This document shows, one piece after another, positions 28,271 to 39,214 of a stretch of 64,000 nucleotides of DNA. Location of the stretch: NCBI GenBank assembly GCA_037045265.1, contig JBAOHV010000004.1, positions 186,328 to 250,327 of the forward strand. The letters run 5' to 3'. The notes under the pieces were generated by a model that saw only the letters and a program-made list of their open reading frames with translations, did not search any database and had not been told where the DNA came from. Source of the stretch: Microthrixaceae bacterium (GTDB lineage Bacteria; Actinomycetota; Acidimicrobiia; Acidimicrobiales; Microtrichaceae). The position numbers were made by a program, and so were the translations under genes. Position 1 is the stretch's first letter, and each line of letters begins with the position of its first letter.

Positions 28271-30804
28271 TCAGTCACCGGTGTTGGTGGTCACCACGAG
28301 CTCCTCGATCGGAGGAGGCGTGAAACCCTCGACGCCGGTGAAGGTGAAGATCTGCTGGGTCTCGTCCTCGGGATCCGGGGCGACGTCGACGATGATCGTC
28401 TGGCCGGCGTGGAACTCCTTGTAGAGAAGCCGCTCGGACAGAGGATCCTCGATGAGGCGCTGGATCGCCCGACGAAGCGGCCGCGCGCCCAGGGTCGGGT
28501 CGTAGCCACGGTCCGCGAGCAGGAGCTTTGCGGCCTCAGAGACCTCGATCCCCATGCCGAGCCCGACCAACTGCTCGTTCACCCTCTTGATCATCAGGTC
28601 GACGATCGTGGTGACCTCGCTCTTGGACAGCTCGTGGAAGACGATCACATCGTCGACGCGGTTCAGGAACTCCGGCCTGAAGTGGGCCTTGAGAGCATCG
28701 TTGACCTTCTCCTTCATCTTCTCGTAGGAGATCGCCTCGTCACGCTTGGAGAAGCCGACGTTGGCCTTGCGCAGGTCCGCGGTGCCCAGGTTGGAGGTCA
28801 TGATCAGCACGGTGTTGCGGAAGTCGACCGAACGACCCTGCGAGTCGGTCAGGCGGCCCTCTTCGAGGATCTGCAGCAGCGTGTTGAACACGTCCGGGTG
28901 GGCCTTCTCGATCTCGTCGAAGAGCACCACCGAGAACGGCTTGCGGCGAACGGCCTCGGTCAGCTGACCACCCTCTTCGTAGCCGACGTATCCAGGCGGC
29001 GAGCCGACCAGCCGGCTGACCGTGTGCTTCTCCATGTACTCCGACATGTCGAGGCTGATCATCGCCGTCTCGTCACCGAAGAGGAACTCGGCGAGTGTCT
29101 TGGCGAGCTCGGTCTTTCCGACGCCTGACGGTCCCAGGAAGATGAACGACCCCGACGGACGCTTGGGGTCCTTGAGCCCGGCGCGAGTGCGCCGGATCGC
29201 CTGGGATACGGCCTTGATCGCCTGCTCCTGTCCGATGACACGGCGATGCAGTTCGTCCTCCATGCGCAGGAGCTTCGCCGTCTCCTCTTCGGTGAGCTTG
29301 TAGACGGGGATCCCGGTCCACAGAGACAGCACCTCGGCGATGGCCTCTTCGTCGACCTCGTCGAACAGATCGACGCCGGATGCCCTCATCTCGGAGTCCT
29401 TGGCTTCCTTGCGGGCGAGCAGCTCCTTCTCACGGTCGCGCAGGCGCCCGGCCTCCTCGAAGTCCTGGCTGTCGACCGCGTCCTTCTTCTGGCGCACCAC
29501 CTCGGCGAGCTCGTTCTCGATCTCGCGGTAGTCCGGCGGCGTCTGCATGCGGCGGATCCGCAGCCGCGACCCGGCCTCGTCGATCAGGTCGATCGCCTTG
29601 TCAGGCAGGAAGCGGTCGGAGATGTAGCGGTCGGCGAGGTTCGCCGCAGCGATCAGGGCCTGATCGGTGATGGTGACCCGGTGGTGCTCCTCGTAGCGCT
29701 CACGCAGGCCCTTGAGGATCTCGATCGTGTGTGCGACCGATGGCTCATCGACGATGACCTTCTGGAAGCGGCGCTCTAGGGCTGCGTCCTTCTCCAGGTG
29801 CTTGCGGTACTCATCGAGGGTGGTAGCGCCGATGGTCTGCAGCTCGCCGCGTGCCAACATCGGCTTGAGGATGCTGGCTGCGTCGATCGCCCCCTCGGCA
29901 GCACCTGCTCCGACGAGCGTGTGGATCTCGTCGATGAAGAGGATGATGTCGCCCCGGGTCTTGATCTCCTTGAGGACCTTCTTGAGCCGCTCCTCGAAGT
30001 CGCCTCGGTAGCGGGACCCGGCTACCAAGGCGCCCAGATCGAGGGTGTAGAGCTGCTTGCCCTGGAGCGTCTCGGGCACGCGGTCGGCCGCGATCGCCTG
30101 GGCGAGGCCCTCGACGATGGCCGTCTTGCCTACGCCGGGCTCGCCGACGAGCACCGGGTTGTTCTTGGTGCGGCGACTCAGGACCTGCATCATGCGCTCG
30201 GTCTCACGGTCGCGACCTATGACGGGGTCGAGCTTCTTGTCGCCGCGAGCTGGGTGAAGTTCCGTCCGAACTGGTCGAGCACCAGCGAACCCGACGGGGT
30301 GTCCCCACCCGATCCGGTGCTGGCGCCAGCCTTCTCCTGGCCCTGTGGCGCCTGCCCCGATGCCCCGGGGTAGCCGGACAGGAGCTGGATCACCTGCTGG
30401 CGCACACGCGAGAGATCTGCGCCGAGCTTGACGAGAACCTGTGCCGCTACGCCTTCGCCCTCACGGATGAGGCCCAGCAGGATGTGCTCGGTGCCGATGT
30501 AGCTGTGACCCAACTGCAGCGCCTCGCGCAACGACAGTTCCAGGACCTTCTTGGCGCGCGGGGTGAACGGGATGTGGCCTGACGGGGACGAGCCTCCCTG
30601 GCCGATGATCTCCTCTACCTGCTGGCGGACTGCCTCGAGGGAGATGCCGAGCGACTCCAGTGCCTTCGCGGCCACACCCTCGCCCTCGTGGATGAGGCCG
30701 AGGAGGATGTGCTCGGTACCGATGTAGTTGTGGTTGAGGAGGCGCGCCTCCTCCTGGGCCAGCACGACCACCCGACGTGCACGGTCGGTGAAGCGTTCGA
30801 ACAC
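28271..30804 (-). pseudogene. clpC: ATP-dependent Clp protease ATP-binding subunit ClpC, one frame break near 30245
   Basis: GTG start at 30804 with a GGAGG RBS. VFERFTDRARRVVVLAQEEARLLNHNYIGTEHILLGL...[12 protein letters not shown] then a frame switch to [39 protein letters not shown]... and on to the stop at 28271. Confidence 0.9.
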
Positions 30805-31054
30805 GTTGCTGCCTCCAGAGAACGTTGTTGGACCAGTGTAACTCCGGGGGGTCCGATCACCTTCCCGGGTTGTGCAACCCCCTTTCGGCAGATCGCGGCG
30901 ATCCCACAGGATTGCGGCGAGACCGGACCGGTGGGCTCCCTGCGGGTGGTGCCGCGCGGCCGTCTCGCGATGCACCGGTCAGGGGCGCATGGGGGCATGG
31001 GGGCGCCTCGCGGGTATCTTCGTCGCCGTGGCTGGAGCCAACCCCCTGTCCGTG

Positions 31055-32024
31055 ATGCCATCGATGACCGACGACCTCGAGCGACTCGAGGCCGGCCTCG
31101 TCGACGCCGCCACCACCGAGGACCCGACGCTCACCGAGATCGCCACCCACCTGATCACAGCCGGTGGCAAGCGGGTGCGCCCCGGGTTCACCATCGCGGC
31201 AGCGGCGACAGCCCTGACCGACGACTCCCCCGCCAGTGACGAAGCACTCACAGGCGGCATAGCGGTCGAGCTCGTGCATCTTGGTTCGCTCTACCACGAC
31301 GACGTCATGGACGAGGCCGAGGTCCGTCGCACTGTCGACAGCGTCAATGCCAGATGGGGAAACCTGCGGGCGATCCTCGCCGGCGACTTCCTGTTGGCGC
31401 GGGCCTCGGAGCTGGCAGCATCGCTGGGGGTCGAGGTGGCGAGCCTGCTGGCCAACACGATCAGCCGCCTGTGTGCCGGTCAGCTGCTCGAGTTGCAGCA
31501 CGCTTTCGATGTGGACCGCTCCGAGGACGTCTACCTCCGGTCGATCGACGGCAAGACCGCCTCGTTGCTCGCCTCGAGCTGTCGGATAGGCGGGATCGTC
31601 GCGGGTCTGCCTCGTGAGCAGATCGAGGCCCTGACCACGTTCGGACACAGCTACGGCATGGCGTTCCAGATCGTCGACGACGTGCTCGACCTGGTGGCTT
31701 CCGAGGCGGAGATGGGCAAGCCCGTCGGTCACGACATCGAGGAGGGTGTCTACACCCTCCCGGTCCTCTACGCGCTCGCCGGCAGCAACGGCGCTGAGCT
31801 GCGGTCGCTGCTCGGCGACAAGGTCGACCCCGATCAGCGCGACCGGGCCGCCGGGATCGTCCCGCGGCGGCGACGGGATCGGCAGGGCGATCGAGCGAGC
31901 GGACGGGTTCGCCGCCGAGGGCCGCGCGGCACTGGCGACGCTTCCTCCCAGCCCGGGGGTGACGGGACTCTCCGCGGCGGCCGACTACCTGCTCGCCAGC
32001 GTCGAAGCTGCCGCCACGGTCTGA
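31055..32024 (+). pseudogene. trans-polyprenyl diphosphate synthase, frame break near 31862
   Basis: DDxxD motifs LGSLYHDDVMDE and MAFQIVDDVLD. The tail continues in the 31746 frame (GDGIGRAIERADGFAAEGRAALATLP...*). Start is ATG 31055, with alternates at 31052 and 31064. Confidence 0.85.
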
Positions 32025-32182
32025 TCGGCCGGGGTCACACCGGGCGTGTGCTCACGCTGACGTCATGATGGTGCAGCTCGACGCCGGTCGTGGCCTCGTG
32101 CACCCTGAGCTCACCTGGAGCCGGGCTCACAACCGTGGCTGTTGGCCTCGGTTCCGAGAATCCGTGATCCACCCTGGACTTG

Positions 32183-32201
32183 CGAGGTTCGGAGTGCTTA
32201 A
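32183..32201. promoter_or_regulatory. weak IdeR/DtxR-box-like sequence upstream of bfd
   Basis: cgAGGTTcGGagtgCtTAA matches the remembered consensus TTAGGTTAGGCTAACCTAA at 11 of 19 positions. Lies 11 nt upstream of the bfd start. Confidence 0.2.
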
Positions 32202-32211
32202 TATCTTTCCT

Positions 32212-32406
32212 GTGATCGTGTGCCACTGTCACGGGGTCAGCGACCGGAGGATCCGCACCGAAGCGCGCCTCGGTGCGGGCTGCCCTGACGAGCTGGCATC
32301 ACGTTGTGGGGCCGGCGACGACTGCGGAGGCTGCATGCCGTTCTTCGAGGACCTCATCCTCGACATGTCCGCCGGAGACGGCACCCCGGTCCGCCTCGCC
32401 TCCTGA
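32212..32406 (+). CDS. bfd: bacterioferritin-associated ferredoxin, (2Fe-2S)-binding
   Basis: V-IVCHCHGVSDRRIR...CGAGDDCGGC, the four-Cys Bfd pattern. GTG start at 32212. Confidence 0.8.
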   Translation: MIVCHCHGVSDRRIRTEARLGAGCPDELASRCGAGDDCGGCMPFFEDLILDMSAGDGTPVRLAS

Positions 32407-32428
32407 GGCTCGTGAGGCTCCTGAGGCA
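32402..32428. repeat. 3 x 9-nt tandem repeat C(C/G)TGAGGC(T/A) containing the bfd stop and two further in-frame TGAs
   Basis: cctgaggct / cgtgaggct / cctgaggca. TGAs at 32404, 32413 and 32422 are all in the bfd frame. Confidence 0.8.
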
Positions 32429-32617
32429 TCCTTACACTCCATCACGGCCCTACATGACGGCCGTGGTTGCAACCTGACCGTCGCGTGCTTCGGCCCTCCT
32501 CACAACTCATATCAGGCGCCGCATCCCAGCCATCCGCGTCGTAACCTTGTCGATCGAGCGAGCGCGCCGGTCGACTGTGGACGAACCGGTCGAGCTGAAC
32601 GAACCAGGAGCGAAGCC

Positions 32618-33102
32618 ATGCAGGGTGACCCCGAGATCATCGAGCTGCTTGAACGAGGCTGCTGACCGCCGAGCTGACCGCCATCAACCAGTACTTCATC
32701 CACGCCAAGATGTGCGAGAACTGGGGCTTCGAGCGCCTCGCCGCACAAGTTCCACGAAGAGTCGATCGACGAGATGAAGGACGCCGACGAAGATCATCGA
32801 GCGGATCCTCTACCTCGAAGGCGTCCCGAACCTCCAGCGACTACAGCACCGTGATCGGTCGGTGAGACCGTGCCCGAGCAGCTCGAGCTGGACCGCCAGA
32901 CCGAGGTCGCAGCCGTCGAGCGCTACAACCGGGGCATCGAACTCGCTGTGAGCCAACGGGCGACAACGGCACACGCGAACTGCTCGAGGACCGCCTCACC
33001 GACGAGGAGTCCCACCTCGACTGGATCGAGACGCAGCTCAGCGTGATCGACGACATCGGCGTGCAGAACTACCTGGCGGAGCAGCTGCACAGCGACGACT
33101 GA
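32618..33102 (+). pseudogene. bfr: bacterioferritin, at least six frame breaks
   Basis: AGGAG RBS. Pieces in different frames: [145 protein letters not shown]. The span is 485 nt, not a multiple of 3. Confidence 0.85.
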
Positions 33103-33132
33103 CCCCGGTCGCACCTCCCCGTCCGACCGGGG
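33103..33132. terminator. hairpin between convergent bfr and ABC ATPase (9-bp stem, 12-nt loop)
   Basis: CCCCGGTCG ... CGACCGGGG. Confidence 0.35.
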
Positions 33133-33147
33133 GACCGCACCGGCGGA

Positions 33148-34263
33148 CTACTGCGCCGGGAACCAGGCGGCGCGGTCACCGACCCAACGGACCCGCACCA
33201 GATCACCCCTGGCAGCGACCGGCATCGACGCACGGCGTATGTGCAGCTCGATGTCGTCGGCGCGCACGACGTAGGTCGTGTCGTGTCCGACGAACTCGAC
33301 CAGCTCGACCCGGGCCGACATGCCGTCGCCCTGATCGTGAGAGCCTCGGGCGGGTCCCTCGATGTCGGGAACCAACTCGAGCTCCTCGGGGCGGATCAGC
33401 AGGTCCACCGGCCCGTCCGCGCTCTCGTGGAGCTGTACGGGACCCAGCGGGGTGACGGCTCCTGTCCCCGCTGCCTCGGCCGCCACGAAGTTCGCGTCGC
33501 CGACGAAGCCGGCCAGCCAGCGCGTGGCAGGGCGCTGGTACAGGACCTCGGGCGGGCCCAGCTGCACCACCGACCCCGTCTGCGATCACCGCTACCCGAT
33601 CCCCCAGGACGAAGGCCTCGTCCTGGTCGTGGGTCACGAAGATCGTCGTGATCCCGAGCTCGACCAGCAGCTGGTGGATCTCGGTTCGCACCTGTGAGCG
33701 CAGCGAGGCGTCCAGGTTCGAGAACGGCTCGTCCAGCAACAGAACCGACGGCCGTGGCGCGATCGCGCGAGCGAGCGCCACGCACGCTGCTGCTGGCCGC
33801 CGGAGAGCGTCGCGGGCATGCGGTCGCCCATGCTGGACAGCCCGACAAGTTCGAGTGCCTCGTCGATGCGAGGAGATCTGCGCCTCTCCTGACGGGGCAG
33901 GCCGAAACCCACGTTGCGAGAGACCGACAGGTGGGGGAAAAGCGCCCAGTCCTGGAACACCATCCCCACCCGGCGACGCTCGGGCGGCACCATCGTCGAC
34001 GGCCCGGTCAGCGTCCGGCCTCCTACTGACACCGTGCCGTCGTCGGGTCGGTCCAGACCCGCGATGATCCGCAACAACGTCGTCTTGCCACATCCGCTGG
34101 GGCCCAGCAGCGCCAGGGTAGCCCCGGCGTCGACGTCCACATCCACCCCTTGCAGGACATTGGTCGAGCCGTCGAAGGACTTCGAGACTCCGAGCACCCT
34201 CACATCGGCGGTGACCGACGTCCGAGCGCCAGGAAGGGGCTCAGCCACTGCCGATTCCGTCAT
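33148..34263 (-). pseudogene. ABC transporter ATP-binding protein (FbpC/PotA-like importer ATPase), two frame breaks (about 33575 and 33785); no permease or binding protein adjacent
   Basis: Walker [20 protein letters not shown] then a frame switch to [25 protein letters not shown]...[11 protein letters not shown]...VAVIADG, then a switch to [27 protein letters not shown]... Confidence 0.8.
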
Positions 34264-35780
34264 CGATCGCGTCGCTCGCTGCGCCCGCCGCCGGTTCCGT
34301 CACGTCGGGCAGCTCGGACAGGTCCTGCTCCGGTCGCAGGGTCGGGAACAGCACTATGTCGCGGATGGTGTGGGTATCGGTGAGCAGCTGAGCGAGACGG
34401 TCCATTCCGATGCCCAGCCCGACCGTGGGCGGAAGGCCGTAGTCGAGCGACCTGAGGTAGTCGTGGTCCACGGCCATCGCTTCGTCGTCACCGGCCGCCT
34501 TCTGGGCGGCCTGGTCCATGAAGCGTCTGCGCTGCTCGATCGGGTCGGTCAGCTCGGTGAAGCCGTTGCAGAGCTCCCTGCCGACGACGATCGCCTCGAA
34601 ACGCTCGGTCAGACCAGCACGTCAGCGGTGCTCACGCGCCAACGGTGAGACCTCGGTCGGGTAGTCGATCACGAAGGTCGGATCCCACAGCGTGTGCTCG
34701 GTGGTCTTCTCGTAGAGCTCCAGGAGGAGCTTGCCAGGCCCGTACGAGTCCTTGAACGGCACTTCGTGACGGTCGCACAGCTCCCGAAGGCGCGACACCG
34801 GTGTGTCCATGTCGACGGCCTCACCGATCTGTTCGGAGGTGAGCTCTGCCATGGTCGCTCGCCGCCACGGGGTGGAGAGGTCGACGTCGCGGCCGTCGAA
34901 CGTGACGGTGGTGGATCCGCAGATCTGGCTCGCCAGGTGGGACACGAGCTGCTCGACCAGCTCCATGTGCACGTGGTAGTCGCCGTACGCCTCGTAGGCC
35001 TCGAGCATGGTGAACTCGGGATTGTGCCGGTTGCGAAGTGCCCTCGTTGCGGAAGACACGGGCGATCTCGAAGACCTTCTCGAATCCGCCCACGACCAGC
35101 CGCTTCAGGTACAGCTCGGGCGCGATCCGCAGGAACATCTGCTGGTCCGAGCGCGTTGTGGTGCGTGCTGAACGGTCGCGCGAGTGCTCCGCCGGGGATG
35201 GGGTGGAGCATCGGGGTCTCGACCTCGAGGAAGCCCCGCTGTCCTCCATGAAGCCGTCGACTGAGCGACATGATCGCGCGATCGCTGCTGGAAGCGCCAA
35301 CCGTGCTTCGTCGGTGACCCACAGGTCGACGTAGCGCTGGCGGTAGCGAGTGTCAGGATCTGTGATCCCGTGCCACTTGTCGGGGAACGAACGGCGTGTC
35401 GGGTGCCAGCAACGCCCACGAGTCGACCCTCACCGAGAGCTCTCCACGTCGGGTCGTCATCACCTGGCCGCGCGACGCCGATCCAGTCGCCCAGGTTCAG
35501 CTCACAGAACTGCTCGAAGTCGGGTGTCGACGCCGACGGGGCGAACAGCTGGATCCGGCCGCTCGGAGTCGGCGAGCGTCCCGAATGCCAGCTTCCCCTG
35601 GACCCGGCGCAGCATCAGCCGTCCCGCCACCGCTGCCACATGGTCCGTCTCCACCCCGGGCTCGAGCATCTCGAAACGAGTTGCCAGCTCGTCGGCGGTG
35701 TCGGTTACGTCGTAGGTGTAGGGCTGGTCGAACCACCGTTCGCGGGCGACGTCGGGTGAGATCTGAGGATCGTCGCTCAC
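34241..35780 (-). pseudogene. lysS: lysine--tRNA ligase (class II), multiple frame breaks (at least six)
   Basis: Pieces in different frames: VAGRLMLRRVQGKLAFGTL; [42 protein letters not shown]; [36 protein letters not shown]; [19 protein letters not shown]...DYPTEVSPLAREHR; [37 protein letters not shown]...[11 protein letters not shown]. The GTG start overlaps the coaX stop. Confidence 0.85.
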
Positions 35781-36558
35781 GGCTGGTTCTTCTCCCAGAT
35801 CAGGCGGAGGCCGTGCAGCGTCAGCCAGGGCTCCTCGTGTTCGATCGACTCTGCGATCGGGGCGATGAGTGACGCCAGCCCTCCCGTCGAGATGATGGTC
35901 GCTTCACCCACGACGTCCTCGATGCGATCGCACATGCCGTCGACCATGGCCGAGTAGCCATAGACCGCACCCGACTGGACCGACTCCATCGTCGTCTTGC
36001 CGATCACGCTGCGCGGCTCGCTCAGCTCCACCCGACGCAGGGCCGCAGCTCGGCCGAACGAGCGCGTCCATGGAGATCTCGATACCGGGGAAGATGGCTC
36101 CACCGAGGTACTCGCCCTTGTCGGAGATCACGTCGAAGGTCGTCGCGGTCCCGAAGTCGACGACGATCGTCGGTCCGCCGTACAGGTCGTACGCACCGAC
36201 CGCGTTGGCGATCCGGTCGGCCCCGACCTCACGTGGGTTGTCGTAGAGCACCGGCATACCCGTCTTCACGCCGAGTACCCAGGATCACCGGTTCGTCATG
36301 GAGGTACCTCTCGCACATCTGACGCAGCTCATAGGTGATCGAGGGAACACCGGACGAGACCGCCACACCCTGGATGTCCTTGCTCAGATCCAGGCCCCGG
36401 GTAGCCAGGAGGTGACGGATGAACAGGGCCAGTTCGTCGCTGGTGCGCTCGGAACGGGTGGCCATGCGCCAATGGTCGACCAGATCGCTACCTGGATCGG
36501 CCAGGTCGTAGAGACCCACGACCGTCTGGGTGTTGCCGACGTCGATCACCAGCAGCAC
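35777..36558 (-). pseudogene. coaX: type III pantothenate kinase, two frame breaks (about 36050 and 36275)
   Basis: MLLVIDVGNTQTVVGLY...; [65 protein letters not shown]; [29 protein letters not shown]...ATIISTGGLA. Confidence 0.85.
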
Positions 36559-36670
36559 GGTGCCTCCTCGGGCGATGGTCCTGGAGGTGGCCCCCCGGGT
36601 CGGTGGAGCTCTCTTCGGACGAGACGAACATGATGCTCGCCCGAGCAGCGGTTGCGCACGTCAGATCCGC

Positions 36671-37543
36671 TCAGTTCAGGTCCAACCCCAGGTCGAGCAC
36701 CGGAGCGGAGTTGGTGATCGCTCCCACCGAGATCATGTCGACCCCTGTCCCGGAGTACTCACCGATCGTGGTCAGGGTGACGCCGCCCGAGACCTCCAAC
36801 AACGTGCGCCGGGCCGATCCGCCCTGACGTTCCCTCGCGGCCACACAAGTGCGGACGGTACCAGGATCCATGTTGTCCAACAGGATCGAGTCCGCCCCCA
36901 CCTCCAGCGCCTCGATGCACTGATCGACCGTGTCGCACTCGACGTGCACCGTGCGCCCCGGCCAACGGTCCCGGGCGGTGCATACGGCGTCGGTGATCGA
37001 CACCCCTCCGAGGTGGTTGTCCTTGATCAGCATCCAGTCGGAGAGGTTTCCCCGGTGGTTGCGACCACCTCCTGCACGAACTGCGGCCTTCGCGAGCGCC
37101 CTCAGCCCCGGCACCGTCTTGCGGGTGTCCCACACACGGGCCTGTCCCCCGGCCGCCGCCGCAGCGACGTACGCAGCCGTGAGTGTCGCGATCCCCGACA
37201 GGTGACCCAGGAAGTTCAGCGCCGTCCGCTCGCCGGTCAGGATCGGTCTGAACGGACCGCGCACCATTCCGAATATCTCGCCGGGTGCCAGCTCGGCACC
37301 CTCGGGCACCGACCACGACACCTCTACTCTCGGATCAAGCTGAGCAAACGTCTCGACCGCGCACGCGGTACCGGCGAGCCGACCGCCGACGCGCGCTGCG
37401 AAACGCGCTTCGCCGTCGACCGTCGGGACGAGCGTTGCGGTGAGATCGCCCAGCGGAGTCAGGTCCTCGGCGAGCGCGCGGGTGACAGCGTCGCGCACCG
37501 CGCCCGCGGGGGGATGGACCCAGTTGTGTTCGAAGGAGCTCAC
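36671..37543 (-). CDS. nadC: nicotinate-nucleotide diphosphorylase (carboxylating)
   Basis: The GTG start overlaps the nadB stop (GTGA at 37540-37543). ...RTALNFLGHLSGIAT...VWDTRKTVPGLRALAKAAVRAGGGRNHRGNLSDWMLIKDNH...LLDNM...EVSGGV. The rest of the 503-aa ORF is rejected. Confidence 0.9.
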   Translation of the reverse strand: MSSFEHNWVHPPAGAVRDAVTRALAEDLTPLGDLTATLVPTVDGEARFAARVGGRLAGTACAVETFAQLDPRVEVSWSVPEGAELAPGEIFGMVRGPFRPILTGERTALNFLGHLSGIATLTAAYVAAAAAGGQARVWDTRKTVPGLRALAKAAVRAGGGRNHRGNLSDWMLIKDNHLGGVSITDAVCTARDRWPGRTVHVECDTVDQCIEALEVGADSILLDNMDPGTVRTCVAARERQGGSARRTLLEVSGGVTLTTIGEYSGTGVDMISVGAITNSAPVLDLGLDLN

Positions 37544-39214
37544 CGGTGGAAGTGTTGCACGACGAGGCGACGAGCCTGTTCGGGATCGGTGGCCGGGTGA
37601 TCGATCCGCGTGTGGGTGCCCCGGCTCTCGGTCCGGGCGCTGGCCGCTGAGACGAGTACCGAGGCGATCGTCGCGAGGTTCCGCAGCTCCGCAGCATCGA
37701 CACCGGAACGACCGTCGACCGCTGCGAGCGTGGCGGCCGCCACCCCTGCCGCATTGATCAGGCTGCGCTCGTCGCGGAGAACCCCTGCATCGACCGACAT
37801 CGTCTGCTGCAGCCGGGCCCTGAGATCTGCCAGGTCGTCTCCTTCCGCTGCTCGGAGCAACCCGTCGGTAGGATCGGGCGACGGGACCGAAACCGGAAGG
37901 GCGACACCGCCTATGACCAGGTCGTCGCCGTCCATCACGTCGCGGTCGCCGACGGCCTCGCGTCCGATTCCGGCGACGGACCGCATCGCGCCACTCGCCG
38001 AGCACCCCCGCACCCCGGAGGCGATGGCCTCGACCGCCCGCGGCCCGAAGACCATGCCTTCGAGAAGCGAGTTCGAGGCGAGCCGGTTGGCGCCGTGCAC
38101 CCCGGTGCAGCTCGTCTCGCCAGCTGCCCACAGGCCCGGCATCGACGTCGCACCGACGAGGTCGGTCACGATCCCCCCGCACTGGTGATGGGCGGCGGGC
38201 GCCACGGGCAACCAGTCGGTCCGGGGATCGAGCCCTACATCGACTAGGTCGGCATGGATCGTCGGGAACCGCCGGTCGAAGTGGTCGAGGCCCGTGGCAT
38301 CGAGCCAGACGTGCTCGGACCCGTGGGTCATCATCGCTGCGAGGATCGCCCGCGACACGACGTCACGGGGCAACAGCTCGTCGACGAAACGCTCGCCGGT
38401 CGAGTCACGCAGCAGTGCGCCGTGACCCCGCAAAGCCTCCGACAGCAAGGGCCGCGGCATGCCCTGGTGATGCAGCGCGGTCGGGTGGAACTGGAAGAAC
38501 TCCAGGTCCGCGACGGCCACCCCGGCGCGTAGTGCCATCGCGACCCCGTCGCCCGTCGCGACCGTGGGGTTCGTAGTGATGGCGAAGAGCTGACCGGCAC
38601 CGCCCGTCGCCAACAGGACGTGTCTGGCCCTCACGGCATGGACCTCACCGGACGCCCCCAACGCCCGGACGCCACAGCAGCGCCCGTCATCGGAGAGGAG
38701 ATCGAGGGCGAAGGTGTGCTCGAGCAGCACGGCGGCCGTACTGCGCACCGCTGCGACCAGAGCTCGTTCGATCTCGGCCCCGGTCGCCGCCCCACCGGCG
38801 TGAACGACACGCGGGACCGAATGCCCGCCCTCGCGGGCGAGCTCCAGGTTGCCCCGCTCGTCACGGTCGAACTCGGCGCCCATCGCTATCAGCTCCTCGA
38901 CGCGACGCGGCCCCTCGTCGACCAGCACCCTCACGGCATCCACGTCACACAGGCCCGCACCAGCGGCGAGGGTGTCCGCGAGATGGAGGTCGATCTCCTC
39001 CGGGTCGCCGCTCAGCGCGGCCGCCACTCCGCCCTGCGCCCAACGGGTGGTTGCCAGGTCCAGGCCGCCCTTGGTCAGCACACCTGTACGCAGTCCGTGC
39101 CGACCGGCGGCGCGCACCGCCGCGGGACAACCCGGCGACCCCGGATCCCAGGACCAGCAGATCGAGCTCGGCGAGGTCCGCCGTCGTGTCCCCCGCCGAA
39201 GAGGCCCCGCTCAT
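37540..39214 (-). pseudogene. nadB: L-aspartate oxidase, one frame break near 39120
   Basis: N-terminus DLLVLGSGVAGLS (FAD GxGxxG motif) is in the 38945-39214 ORF. The body TKGGLDLATTRWAQGGVAAAL...GEVHAVRARHVLLATGGAG...HPTAL...TSCTGVHGANRLASNSLLEG is in the 525-aa ORF. Confidence 0.9.

Noticed and set aside
30884-30897. ClgR-like operator (TTCGGC-agatc-GCG) in the 250-nt clpC leader
   Set aside because: It is only a partial match to the half-remembered GTTCGC-N5-GCG motif and is not palindromic enough to support a call.
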